Of a stretch of DNA of 64,000 bases, positions 40,375-52,299 are shown one piece after another. The notes beneath the pieces were generated by a model, which searched no databases, was not told where the DNA came from, and worked only from the letters and a program-made list of their open reading frames with translations. Where the stretch lies: positions 131,006,001 to 131,070,000 of the forward strand of contig OX597814.1 in assembly GCA_951406725.2 (NCBI GenBank). Reading direction: 5' to 3'. Each line of letters starts with the position of its first letter. Position 1 is the stretch's first letter. Position numbers and translations under genes: made by a program. Source of the DNA: Octopus vulgaris. Lineage: Eukaryota.

Positions 40375-42136
40375 AGTGTTTTTGTTGTTGTTGCTGTTTT
40401 CGTTTGTTTACCCAAAATTATGTGTGTATGAGATGTACATGTATTTGTGCATGTAGATATGGTTATGTAAATATATATATATGTAAATGTGTACGTGTTT
40501 TTACTGGAGTATGACGGTGATATATGTAAAGATAGAAAACGAAAAAACGGATGCCTTCGAAAAAAAAAAAGCTGTGTGATATTTGTTCCACCAATTTGCA
40601 CAAACAATTCTTTGTCGCTTTCGCCGTTCCGAATGCAATGAACCATTAATTGTTTCGTTGGAAACCTGTATCCCGCGACGCTAATGTTCACCAGATGTGA
40701 TATGAAATAAAACAAAGATAAATAAATCCTCAATATGAAATGTAGCATGTATTTTCCCTGAAACATAGTAAATATGTTTAAGAATCTGCTGAATAGTTTT
40801 GTAAGTCCTGCAACCATATCATAGAACACTTTGCTAATTATAATATCGGAACTTGAATCGGAAGACATAAATGATATTTGCAGAAGTCAAATGAGTCAAT
40901 ATTTACGTAAATATACATTGTAGTTTTGCCTCCACGCAGTTTTTCTTACTTTTATTTCTAAATATTCTTTAAAATGAACTTAACCAGAAAGCTACAGGTG
41001 CTATTTCAAAGTTTCCTTCCATGCAATAGAATATTTCTAAAGATTCTGAAAAGGATGTCCCCTTTCAGAATCTAGCTGATAGAAAACAGAGATTTCCCCA
41101 AATAAAATGACAGTCGGTTGTTTTCAGTTCACCATGTTTCATTGTTAATAGTTTCAAATAGAACACGACCGTTCCAAGAAGAAAAGTCAGAAAATGAAAC
41201 TATTGTTGAGACCTGATTCTGTAAGAATACGTTATGCTCGCCTTAGAAATTTTGTAGGATAACTTATTTGGTTGTATATAGAGGATGTAGAAAAACAGAG
41301 TGAAGGAGAGAGAGGAGATGAATGAATAAATACGATTGTACTCTGCCATAGTTGATTTTTAAGTTAATAGCAGTTGGGTCCTTTGTTCCAGATTGTTCAT
41401 GCTGACAAGATTAGTTGTCGAATAACAATATATATTGAAGTCTAAACTTAACGCACGACTGCGGCCATCCACTGTTCTCCTCTGTCTGACCCAACTCTTT
41501 CTGCCACTCTATTTGTTCTTTTTATAAACTGTGATTATCTTGATCAAATTTTGACTGACTTTCAATCAATAACTTTGTTTCATTAGAATTCTTACTGAGG
41601 TCAACCAATGAATATGATGCATGACTGTTGAGAGTCAGATATTTTCTTTTCTTTTTTTTTTTTTTTTTTTGCTCAATTTGAAAGATCCAGTTTTTGGTTT
41701 TACGAAAAGCTAATCGAAAAACAAATAATCCAGGTTCAAATTGAGGCAGACACCTACTACAATTTTATTCGTTAATCAAGTCATGAAGGAAATTATCAGA
41801 GATGGAGACACCGGTTCATCACTTACCTCGGAATTCCGGATTATCCGTTTATAGGCGTTAGACGATCAGGTCCCGCATATTTCTATACACTACAGATCAA
41901 TAGGCGTGGTTGGCTGCCCGATAGCTATACTGTATATTTCTGTTAAAAACGTATAATTCGATCCCATTAATTTAACTAAAATCTTACTTACATTCACAAA
42001 AATGGAGAAGTAATTCTAATGTACTTCCGTTGTTTACATGAAGTTGTGTATTTCATTTCCACCAAATTCTTGTCTTCATTTTCAGTATACTGATTGTTAC
42101 GCAACTTCGCATTTAATATAATTTACATACATATAT

Positions 42137-43255
42137 TGGTTTCAAATTTTCGCACAAGGCCAGCAATTTCGGGAGTGAGAGATAAGACGAGTACATCGAC
42201 TTCATTGCTTAAATGGTACTTACTTTATCGACTACGAAAAAAATGAATGGTAAAATTTGAACTCAGAACATAAAGACGGACAAAATGCCACTAAGCATTT
42301 TCCCTAGCGTGCTAACAACTCTGCCAGGTCGTCGCCTTATGACTTACATATACATATTGACATATAATAAATATATCTTCCCCTTCATAAAGATTATAAA
42401 TGTCGACTTCTCTCTCATGGTGAGCTGGCAGAAGGATGGCAGATAATATGCTCAGCAGTATTTCTTTCGACTCTTTACGTTCTGACTTCAAATCCCGCCG
42501 AGGTCAGCTTTGCCTTCCATCCCTTGGGAGTCGGTGAAATAAAGTAACAATCAAGTACTAGAGCGGATGCAACTGATTTTCCACTTCCCTCAAAATTAAA
42601 CCTGAAGTCTGCAACAGACCGGCATCCCGTTCAGGGTGAATGTTGTGATCTCGATCTGTTATAGGCCACGAAATTCAGGTAACCGGCCTCATGAATGTAA
42701 GATGAATACGTCTGCACAAGCCTGAGTCGCGATTCAAGGATCATATAATAAGCTGAAGAGCAAATTCCTAACCACAAGGTTTCCGGGTTCAGTTCCAATG
42801 CGTGGCACCTTGGGTTAGTATCTTCTGCTATAGCCTCGGTGCGACCACCACTGTTTGACAACCGGTGTTGGTATGCTTATATCACCGTAACATAGCGATT
42901 CGGCAAAATGGACCAATAGAATAAGCACAGGGGTCAGTTTGTTCGACTAAAATTCTTCAAGCTGGTGTCCAAGCATGGCCGCAGTCTAATGACTGAAACA
43001 AGTAAAAGATAAAAGAAAAATAACAGATAGTAATTAGCAGGGGAGAGTGAAGGCAGCGATTGAAGGGAGAATCGTTAAGGCGTCGGCCATAAGGCTTAGC
43101 GGCATTTCGTCCATCTTTACGTTCTGAGTTCGAATTCCACCGAGGTCGACTTCAATATTCATCCTTTTGGGATCGATAAAATAACTGGGATCGAAGTAAT
43201 TGACTTTTCCTCCCCCTCAAAATCAATGGCCTTGTGCCAAAATTTGAAGTCAATT
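42137..43255. mobile_element. Cluster of degenerate SINEs (A minus 42137-42340; A plus 42418-42600; B plus 42770-43020; A plus 43050-43255)
   Basis: Family motifs. Confidence 0.78.
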
Positions 43256-43945
43256 TACAGACGAGATTAACATTAACACCTTGAAATTTTTCTCGTATCG
43301 GAACTTCTTCAAATAACTGACATCTAAAATATCAGAGTCCAGAATATTTTGCTTGAATCTTTTTGTATAATGATAGAACTAACATCGAAACAAAATTGCA
43401 ATTCTAACGTCCAAAGAAAAAATTCGAATAATAGGCAGTATAACATTGTTTACCTTCTTGTAAGTTGGTCGCGTAATATATTTGTCTGCACGTCCGTGTA
43501 GCTATATAGTATGACGCATGTTCAGTCATTCATTTCCTTTCTCCCTTTCTTTCTTTCTTTCTTTGTTTTTTTTTGTTTGTTTCTTTCTTTCGTTCGTTCG
43601 TTCATTCCTTCTTTCTTTCTTTCTTTCTCCATTCTCTCCCACTTCTTTCTTACGCCACCTCTCTCAGTCCAGATATCACTTAACCTCTCCCTCAACTCTG
43701 TCTTCTACCAATTACTCTTCCTCAGTTTCTCAAGTAACACATATACAAACCTGGCTTACACGGCTATTGCTATTTTTGTTATTTCAAATGATTTAATGCA
43801 TTCAACACACACATACGCATACGCACATGCTTGCACGCACACGCACGCACACACACACACACACACACATCTTAATATGTGGGTTAGATGTGAACGTCAT
43901 GGGCAAAATTCGACTTCCATCCAAAAGGGGTTTTTAACACAATAT

Positions 43946-44731
43946 TTGGATATTTTCGGTTTGAACAGCAGTTTTTAACATAATTTCTAGGTAACTAAAA
44001 AATTTTAAACTTCGTATACTGGTAGAATGTGTTTATAAAACATCTTTTTCTCTTGGCTTTCTTGAGAAAATTCTGTAGTTTGTAACATATTTGTTGTTTA
44101 ATTTCTTGCATTTCGGCAATTTCAACCAATCACTTTTAACTATTGAGTTAAAAAGCATTCTGTGCCGTATGAATATGTCCCTCGTTTAAGAAACACATTG
44201 GGTTTATTTACATTTGTGAAGAAAAAAAGATGCCCTTCCCCCACCCCTAACCCTAACTAACTCTAAATCTAAAATAGACACCGCTAAAAAAACTGCCGTT
44301 TTTTCTAGCGGTGTCATATGAAATTGTCACCCATAATTATGACCCTAGAATCGATCTATTGCATTTCAATCTATTTTCGATTTAGGGTTAGTTAGGGTTA
44401 GGGTTAGGGTTAGGATTAGAGTTAGGGTTAGGGGTGGGGGAAGGGTATCTTTTTTCTTCACAAATGTAAATAAACCCAATGTGTTTCTTAAACGAGGGAC
44501 ATATTCATACGGCACAGAATGTTTTCACCTCAATAGACGGTCATTGATTGGTTGAAATTGCCGAAATGCAAGAAATTAAAGACCAAATATGTTACAAACT
44601 ATAGAATTTTCTCAATAAAGCCAAAAGAAAATGATGTTTTATAAACACATTCTACCAGTATACGAAGTCTAAACTTTTTTAGTTACCTAGAAATTATGTT
44701 AAAAACTGCCGTTCAAACCGAAAAGGTCCCC
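43946..44731. mobile_element. Foldback/MITE-like element with about 330-bp inverted arms ending internally in telomeric repeats
   Basis: TTTTCGGTTTGAACAGCAGTTTTTAACATAATTTCTAGG.. / ..CCTAGAAATTATGTTAAAAACTGCCGTTCAAACCGAAAA; CCCTAA repeats at about 44245-44270, TTAGGG repeats at about 44382-44432. Confidence 0.92.
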
Positions 44732-44819
44732 ATATTTATATGCTATTATTTATAGCATGAAATGTACTTCGAGAACCAATATTGCAATAAAGAGTTATAT
44801 ATATATATATATATATGTA

Positions 44820-45045
44820 TATGTTTGCATGTCTGTGTTTCTCCCCTCACCCTACCATCGCTTGACAACCGATGTTGGTGTGTTTGCCTCCCCGTAACTT
44901 AGCAGTTCGGAAAAAAGACAGATAGAATAAGTACTAGGCTTACAAAGAATAATTCCTGGGGTCGATTTGTTCGACTAAAGGCGGTGCTCCAGCATGGCCG
45001 CAGTGAAATGACTGGAACAAATAAAAAAAATAAATAAAAGAATAA
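44820..45045 (+). mobile_element. SINE family B 3' half
   Basis: Consensus match. Confidence 0.85.
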
Positions 45046-45587
45046 GTGGGGTTACAATCAGACAATCATGAGGGTAGATAGAAGAATGAGTGAAAAGGCA
45101 TATCTATTCTAATGATGTCATTAAACATATCGACATCACTCACAAATGCTGGTACTGCCAAAACAGACTTGTATAGCTTCAGATAGCAGGCAACAAGCAT
45201 GATATTTGATCCTAACAAACCCTATTGAAAATCGTTGTCGATGTAGTTCTAAAAAAAGACATTTATTGTATTATATTGTTTGGTACATTAAAAGAGTGAC
45301 ATGGTTAATAAATTTGAACGTCACTTATGCATTTACTTAATTTCTCTTGATTGAAGTACTCCGATGAATAATTAATGCAGAACTAATAGAGTATTAGTTT
45401 TAATTAAGGGAGATCCAGTTAATTTACTATTCAGGGGGAAAACGCCGAGAATAGCGAAGGTCTCAGCTAATTTCAGAGAAGAGGGAGAGAGAAAAAATAG
45501 GAGGGAGACGAAAAAGAAGAAAAGAAAATAATTATACAGAAAGCGATTTGAAATAGAACGACCTCCTATTTTATCAAGGCCTACAAT

Positions 45588-45687
<100 letters not shown>

Positions 45688-45947
45688 GCATAAAAATTAA
45701 AGTAAAAACAAAAGCAACAGAAATCGAAAAGACGTACACAATAAATGTGTTGGATTGGCGCTCGGTTTTAGATGGAAAAAAAGAGGTGGATGTAATTTTT
45801 CGAGTATAGCTCTACGTCAGAATAAGGAGAGCGAAGGGGAAAAAAGTAAAAAAAAAACACATGTGCGGTTACATGGCTGAAGCGATATATTTTTTTTCTC
45901 TCCTTTTTTTTTCTTTCCTTGTTTCTCTCCTTGTTTTTTCTGTGTCC

Positions 45948-45983
45948 CTTTCTGTAGAAGAGCGTAGGCTCGAAACGTAAAAG
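45948..45983 (+). ncRNA. Minimal type-I hammerhead-like motif (A6U variant)
   Basis: cttt CTGTAGA A gagc gtag gctc GAAAC GTA aaag: stem I cttt/aaag, stem II gagc/gctc, GUA triplet. Confidence 0.65.
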
Positions 45984-46352
45984 ACTTTTTTCTATTCCTG
46001 AGCGTTATACTAATACATCTGTTTGTTTTGTACACCACCTGTCTTCGTCTTTTGTCTTTTTCGTAAACTCTCCCTATATATTTATACATATATATATATA
46101 TATATATAATTAATTAAGGGTAGAAATTGATATTTATCAATTAAGACCAGTGGTCTAGCATATTAAAAAAGAATCCGAAGATTAAAATATTTATATATAC
46201 CAATTAAGGACTGAACACGAAAAGTGGACAGTCAACATGCTAGATATAGACGTCAAATCGTCATTCACCACAAAAGATTATGTTCTCAGATCAAACTCAA
46301 CACAAAACCATAGCAATAAACAAGTGAAAAATATACGAAATAAAATAATTAC

Positions 46353-46417
46353 CCATGTACTAACTTAGTTTCAGCTGTTATTTTCCGCAAGGAAAACTGC
46401 AGCCATCATCAGCATGG
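46353..46417 (-). ncRNA. Type-I hammerhead ribozyme, intact core
   Basis: Minus strand ccatg CTGATGA T ggctg cag ttttcc ttgc ggaaaa taa cagct GAAAC taagtta GTA catgg: stem I ccatg/catgg, stem II ggctg/cagct extended by ttttcc/ggaaaa, stem III ACTAA/TTAGT. Confidence 0.85.
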
Positions 46418-46889
46418 TCCGTTATAAATGTAATTTGCTGGACTAGATGCAAACACGATACCGAAATATCGCGTGCATGGAGTTCAGCCTATTACATTTG
46501 AATATATCTTTCAAATGCCTTTACTTTGGCGCGTTGAAACCCGAGAAAACTAGCCTGCAGCTAATAATTAGCAGCAGTTAATTTATCGGTTAGAGAACAT
46601 ATTTATTTATATAAAATTAATTAAGGGTAGAAATTGAGTCTATATCTAGCATGTTGACTGTCCACTTTTATATATATATATATATATATACAAAATAAGA
46701 AAATGGAGAAACACATCTTAATCAATGATCAACTACCAGATAATACCCAATCACATAATTTATGAAACTACTACATATGAACATTAAAGTCAAACATTAT
46801 ATTATATATTATATATTATGGGTATGTACCCACTATTGTATGGATGTACCCCCTCTGATTTTCATATTTAATTTAGTTTGTTCTTCATA

Positions 46890-47016
46890 ATCTCTGAAGA
46901 GGCCTTGAGATATTTTTGTTAGTGTCTCATTTATAACTACATATTAACCTATCACACATGACTAATATGAGCATAATGAGGCACCCATATCTGCATGGCT
47001 GAAACAGCTGTAAGAT
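46890..47016 (+). ncRNA. Type-I hammerhead ribozyme, intact core, long stem-II insertion
   Basis: atct CTGAAGA ggcc [about 90 nt including hairpin tgagatat/gtgtctca] ggct GAAAC AGCT GTA agat; palindromic stem III ACAGCTGT. Confidence 0.78.
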
Positions 47017-47396
47017 GTAGTTTATATTTATATTTGTATTTATTATATTCACTTATACATACTGTACTTATTGTATCATATTACTCTTTCATGTACATTA
47101 TTTTGTTCTATATTATTATGTTTGACCTTAATGTTCATATGTAGTGGTTTAATAGATTATGTGATTGGGTATTATCTGGTAGTTGATCATTGATTAAGAT
47201 GTGTTTCTCCATTTTCTTATTTTGTATTATTAATTTGTGGTAAAACATTTTACCTTTGCCCATATAATACAGTAAATGAATTAACTGTATCGCAGTTCTT
47301 AACATTTATGTATTAACTTTGTTGGGTGCTTCACTAGCAGTATATTATATATGTGTTATCCCATGGAGGGTTGCACTTACAACCCCTATCTCAATT

Positions 47397-47493
<97 letters not shown>

Positions 47494-47510
47494 GTATATA
47501 TATGTATATA

Positions 47511-47627
47511 TAAATGCATCAGTAACACCCCCACCACACCGCCCTGACCCTAGCCACATTCAGATGGCTGATCCCTCTTATGTTATAGAACAGTTACTGT
47601 TTATATCTCGCCCAGAAATTTATTATT

Positions 47628-47679
<52 letters not shown>

Positions 47680-47947
47680 AATAATAAATTTCTGGGCAGA
47701 TATAAACAGTAACTGCTTATAACATAAGAGGATCAGCCATCTGAATGTGGCTAGGTCAGGGCGGTGGTGGTGTTACTGATGCATTAGCCCCAGGCGAACA
47801 TCGACGTCACCAGAAGAGCTGAAGGACACCGAGATGGTGTCAGCTCTTCTGGTGACGTCGATGTTCGCCTGTAAATGCATCAGTAACACCCCCACCACCC
47901 CGCCCTGACCCTAGCCACATTCAGATGGCTGATCCCTCTTATGTTAT
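47511..47947. repeat. Nested direct/inverted repeat complex around (TA)n
   Basis: Unit forward 47511-47630, inverted 47676-47786, palindrome 47791-47870, forward again 47872-47947. Confidence 0.92.
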
Positions 47948-47969
47948 ATATATATATATATATATATAT

Positions 47970-48185
47970 TCTTTTAATTACACTTTTGCTTGTTTCAGTC
48001 ATTTGACTGCGGCCATGATGGACCACCACCTTTAGTCGAGCAAATATCAATCTTAGAGCTTATTCTTTGTAAGCTTAGTACTTATTCTATTGGTCTCTAT
48101 TGCCGAACCGCTAAGTTACGGGGATGTAAACACACCAGCATCGGTTGTCAAGCGATGTTGGGGGGACAAACACAGACACAAGCAT

Positions 48186-48230
<45 letters not shown>

Positions 48231-48400
48231 CATATATATATTCTTTCTTTTCTTTCTTTTACTTGTTTCAGTCATTTGACTGCGGCTATGCTGGAGCACC
48301 ACCAGCATAGTCAAACAAATCGACCCCAGAGCTTACTCTTTATAACCGCTAAGTTACGGGGACGTAAACACATCAACATCGGTTGTCAAACGATGTTGTA
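47970..48400 (-). mobile_element. Two SINE family B 3' halves
   Basis: TTGTTTCAGTCATTTGACTGCGGC at 47990 and 48263. Confidence 0.82.
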
Positions 48401-48404
48401 TATA

Positions 48405-48435
<31 letters not shown>

Positions 48436-48464
48436 CAAAAGAAAAACAGGATGCAAAGGATTTT

Positions 48465-48551
48465 GCGGTGCATATGTTTCTGGCTTTATTGAACAATTTA
48501 TATCAATGCATAATTGATATAACATGTATGTCAACAGCCTTCTTCAGCCGC
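48465..48551 (-). ncRNA. Type-I hammerhead motif with mutated cleavage triplet (GCA)
   Basis: Minus strand gcgg CTGAAGA A ggct gttga..ttatatcaat tatgc attgatataa..tcaat aa agcc A GAAAC ATAT GCA ccgc. Confidence 0.72.
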
Positions 48552-48886
48552 GTAGAATTACCACACCAAAGACATGTATTACATTATAGTTGGTTTGAGA
48601 AAATGCTTGGGAATAAAACGAGTTTCATTGGGAAGGTAAATCCTCATAGTCATATATGGCATAGCGAGACACCAAAACAAAACGTCCATACCGTTTTTTC
48701 ACTCGATAAAGAATGAGGGGGTTAGATGTTGAGAGAAAGAGGGAAGGAGTGGAAGGGGGTGAATTTTTAATGAAGTTGAGATCACAAAGAGGAAAAAGTA
48801 TATGTATAAATTTAAACATGATTATACAGGATAATAGTAAGTGCAAAATGCAATAAAAGAGTAAAGATGTAAATAAATAAGAATAT

Positions 48887-48949
<63 letters not shown>

Positions 48950-49106
48950 CGACGGGCTTCTTCCAGTTTCCGTCAACCAAATCCTCTCACAAGGATTTGG
49001 TCGGCTCGAGGCTATAGCAAAAGACACTTGCCCAAGATGCCACGCAGTGTGACTGAACCCGGGACCATGTGGTTGGTATTTGACTGAGGCCATGCTGCAG
49101 TACCAC

Positions 49107-49142
<36 letters not shown>

Positions 49143-49162
49143 CCTGTCTATCTATCTATCTA

Positions 49163-49219
<57 letters not shown>

Positions 49220-49439
49220 GTCTGTCTGTCTATCTATCTTATCTATCTATCAGTTTGCTTGTCTGTAGACAGAGGGAGAAGAGAGGAAGAGGATGTTAAG
49301 AAAAGTTATAGAGTAGACCAGCAGAATAGCATCAATGAACAAGACAAACGATGTGAGTTAAATACCTAGTTCATCATAATATTCTTACTAAAATATTACT
49401 ATAACGCTCATATAATTGTAACCGTAGAATTTAAATGGT

Positions 49440-50129
49440 TCTCGTGATACTTCCCGATAATTTTCCCTACACATTACGTTATGAGTTCAAATCCCACTGG
49501 AGTCAACTTTGTTGGATTTTTTTTTTTTTTTTGTCCTTTCTGGGGTAGATAAAATAAAGTAGCACTCGAATACTATGGTATCGATTAAACCCCTCCATTC
49601 AAAATTGTTGATCTTGTGCCTAATTAATAAAGACGACGAACTAGCGGAAACTTCACTGTGTCGGACTAAATGCTTAGCGGTATTTCGTCTGCCGCTACGT
49701 TCTGAGTTCAAATTCCGCCGAGGTTGACTTTGCCTTTCATAAGTACCAGTTACGCACTGGGGTCGATATAATCGACTTAATCCGTTTGTCTCTTCTTGTG
49801 TGTCCTCTCTGTGTTTAGTCCCTTGTGGGTAGTAAAGAAATAGGTATTTCATCCAACTTTGCGTTCTGAGTGCAACTTTGCTTTTCATCGATAAAATAAA
49901 ATAGGAGTCAAATACCGAAATTGTGGGCATCGACTCACCCCGTCCCTTTGAGATGACTGGCCTTGTGACTGAAGCAGAAACCGTTATAATTCCGGCTCTT
50001 TACGTTCTGAGTTCAAATTCCGCCGAGGTTGACTTTGCCTTTCATCTTTTCAAGAAATAAGAACAAATTAGGCACCGAGGTCGATGTAATTAACATACCG
50101 CTTCCCCCTAATATTACTGGATTTGTGCC

Positions 50130-50130
<1 letters not shown>
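49440..50130 (+). mobile_element. Cluster/tandem of SINE family A copies
   Basis: Repeated TTCTGAGTTCAAATTCCGCCGAGG; tail-head junction GTAAAGAAATAGGTATTTC at about 49832-49850. Confidence 0.82.
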
Positions 50131-50163
<33 letters not shown>

Positions 50164-50402
50164 TAGCATCATCATTATCATCGTCATCATCATCATTATC
50201 ATTATCATCATTATATTATCTAAGAATGCCGCAATTTAAAAATAGCATGACCTATCTAAATGTGGTATTTGCCGTATGAAATACCAATGAGTGCAAATGG
50301 CAAAGTACTATGTAAATCATTGATAGATACATACATATGTGCGTATGTGTGCGTGTGTGTGTGTGTATGTGTATGTGTGTGCAGGTGTGCGTGAGTGTGT
50401 AT

Positions 50403-50479
<77 letters not shown>

Positions 50480-50658
50480 TGTGTCTGTGTGTGTATTTCC
50501 TCTGCAACGGCAGTAAATCAAGAGATAAGAACGCCAATATCCTCTTAATGCCATTGAGAAGAAAATATCCTCAATGCCAGCTCCTTTTATAAGAAGAAAA
50601 ATACTCATGTTCCGAAACAGATACACACATACATACACACACACGCGCGCACACACAG

Positions 50659-50689
<31 letters not shown>

Positions 50690-50913
50690 TACACATATAC
50701 ATACTGACGCAAGTGTGCGAGATACGAACACTGACATGCACACAGAAAATGCAATATAGCCTCATACACGTAATCATAAAAAGCACCGCTTACCACCCAC
50801 GCTTCACACAGTATTATACATACGTTCACGCGCACACATACATCCGGCACACACATACACACATCAGACCATGAAGATTTTCCTACGTGTACACACGTAT
50901 AAACACTTGCAAC

Positions 50914-50959
<46 letters not shown>

Positions 50960-50965
<6 letters not shown>

Positions 50966-51194
50966 GTATGTATATGTTTCTATGTCTATGTTTGTTCCAT
51001 CAACATCGCTTGACAACCGATGCTGGTGTGTTCATGGCCCCGTAACTTAGTGTTTCGGCAAATGTGACCGATAGAATAAGTACTAAGCTTACAAAGAATA
51101 AGTACTGGGCTCGATTTGCTCTACTAAAGACGGTGGTCTAGTATGGCCGCAGTCAAATGACTGGAAAAAAAATGAAAGATTAAAGAAATAAAGA

Positions 51195-51195
<1 letters not shown>
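50960..51195 (+). mobile_element. SINE family B 3' half
   Basis: Consensus match. Confidence 0.85.
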
Positions 51196-51228
<33 letters not shown>

Positions 51229-51483
51229 CGGTTTTGTTAAATGGAATCATTGGTTACCAATTGTAACGGTTGTTGTTAAGGTGTTGGTTGCCAGTACGCA
51301 AGCTGGAAGAAGAGCAGTGATCGAAGTTGTAAAGAAATATTTATTTACCGTTACTTTAATATATACCATACCACGACGGGTAAGCTACTGTAAGCACAGT
51401 TCGTAAAGCATGCAAGGTAAAGAAAGTTAATTTCAGCCTGTATATCTGTGTACACGATCTCATAGTATATATATAGAGATAGA

Positions 51484-51936
51484 TGTGGTAATGTTGCAGA
51501 GAAAAGAAATTGAGTTAGTGAAAGTGAGAGTGGTGGGATGAAACAACTGCTTCGTTGGTGAATTACCATAGTTGTCCCTTTGTACCTTTTCCTTCAGAGA
51601 CGGCATTTTGTTCAGCCGGTCAAACAGACTCAGTTCTCCCTAACTGATTTTGGCATACGGAGTTCTTGTTTTTATAACTATCCAAAAGCAGCCAGAAGGA
51701 CAGGCATATTGTTGACGACAACAGATTTCGTTGGTGGTCTGTTATCTCTGTTCTAGCTTTTGGTGGCCTAGAAGAGGTTAGAAGTGTCAAGTGGCAAACA
51801 CATAAATTCTACTTGGCGAAGGCATCTGGCAAATGTAACTGCTGTCATTCACAGTGAGGGAAGTGCTGTTGAACTGTTAAGTGACATCTGACTATCGAGG
51901 ATCGAATCCACGCTATGCCTGCATGAAACCACTACA
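51484..51936 (-). mobile_element. Probable 3' LTR of the Gypsy remnant
   Basis: Minus strand polypurine tract GGAGAGGGAG immediately before TGTAGT; ends ..ACCACA (TG..CA, imperfect terminal inverted repeat). Confidence 0.6.
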
Positions 51937-52299
51937 TCACTCCCTCTCCAGAGTGGTTCCGAGAAAAGGAAACGAACGATTGAGGAAGAGAAATGCATGG
52001 CTGAGGAAAAATCTTGCATATCAGGAGAGAGAGGATCATTGAAATGTATACGGGACAGATATTTATTCAAATGAGTTTGAATAGTGGTGTCGCTTTGTGT
52101 GCCAGAATGTGTGGTCAGCGACTGAGCAGTACGGAAAAGAAGTTTGCGCGTGCGTGCACGTGATGGCGGAAATACGAGTGCAGGTGCACGTATGAAAATT
52201 CACTGTAAAATAAGTTGAGCGAGTGAGTGTATTCTCAATCCATGGTATCGAAGATCTTCCTGCAGGATTGCAGTGTGTGAAATGCCTTGAAGGTTTTTC

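Noticed and set aside
44382-44432. True telomere or chromosome fusion site
   Set aside because: Short degenerate arrays internal to an inverted-repeat element
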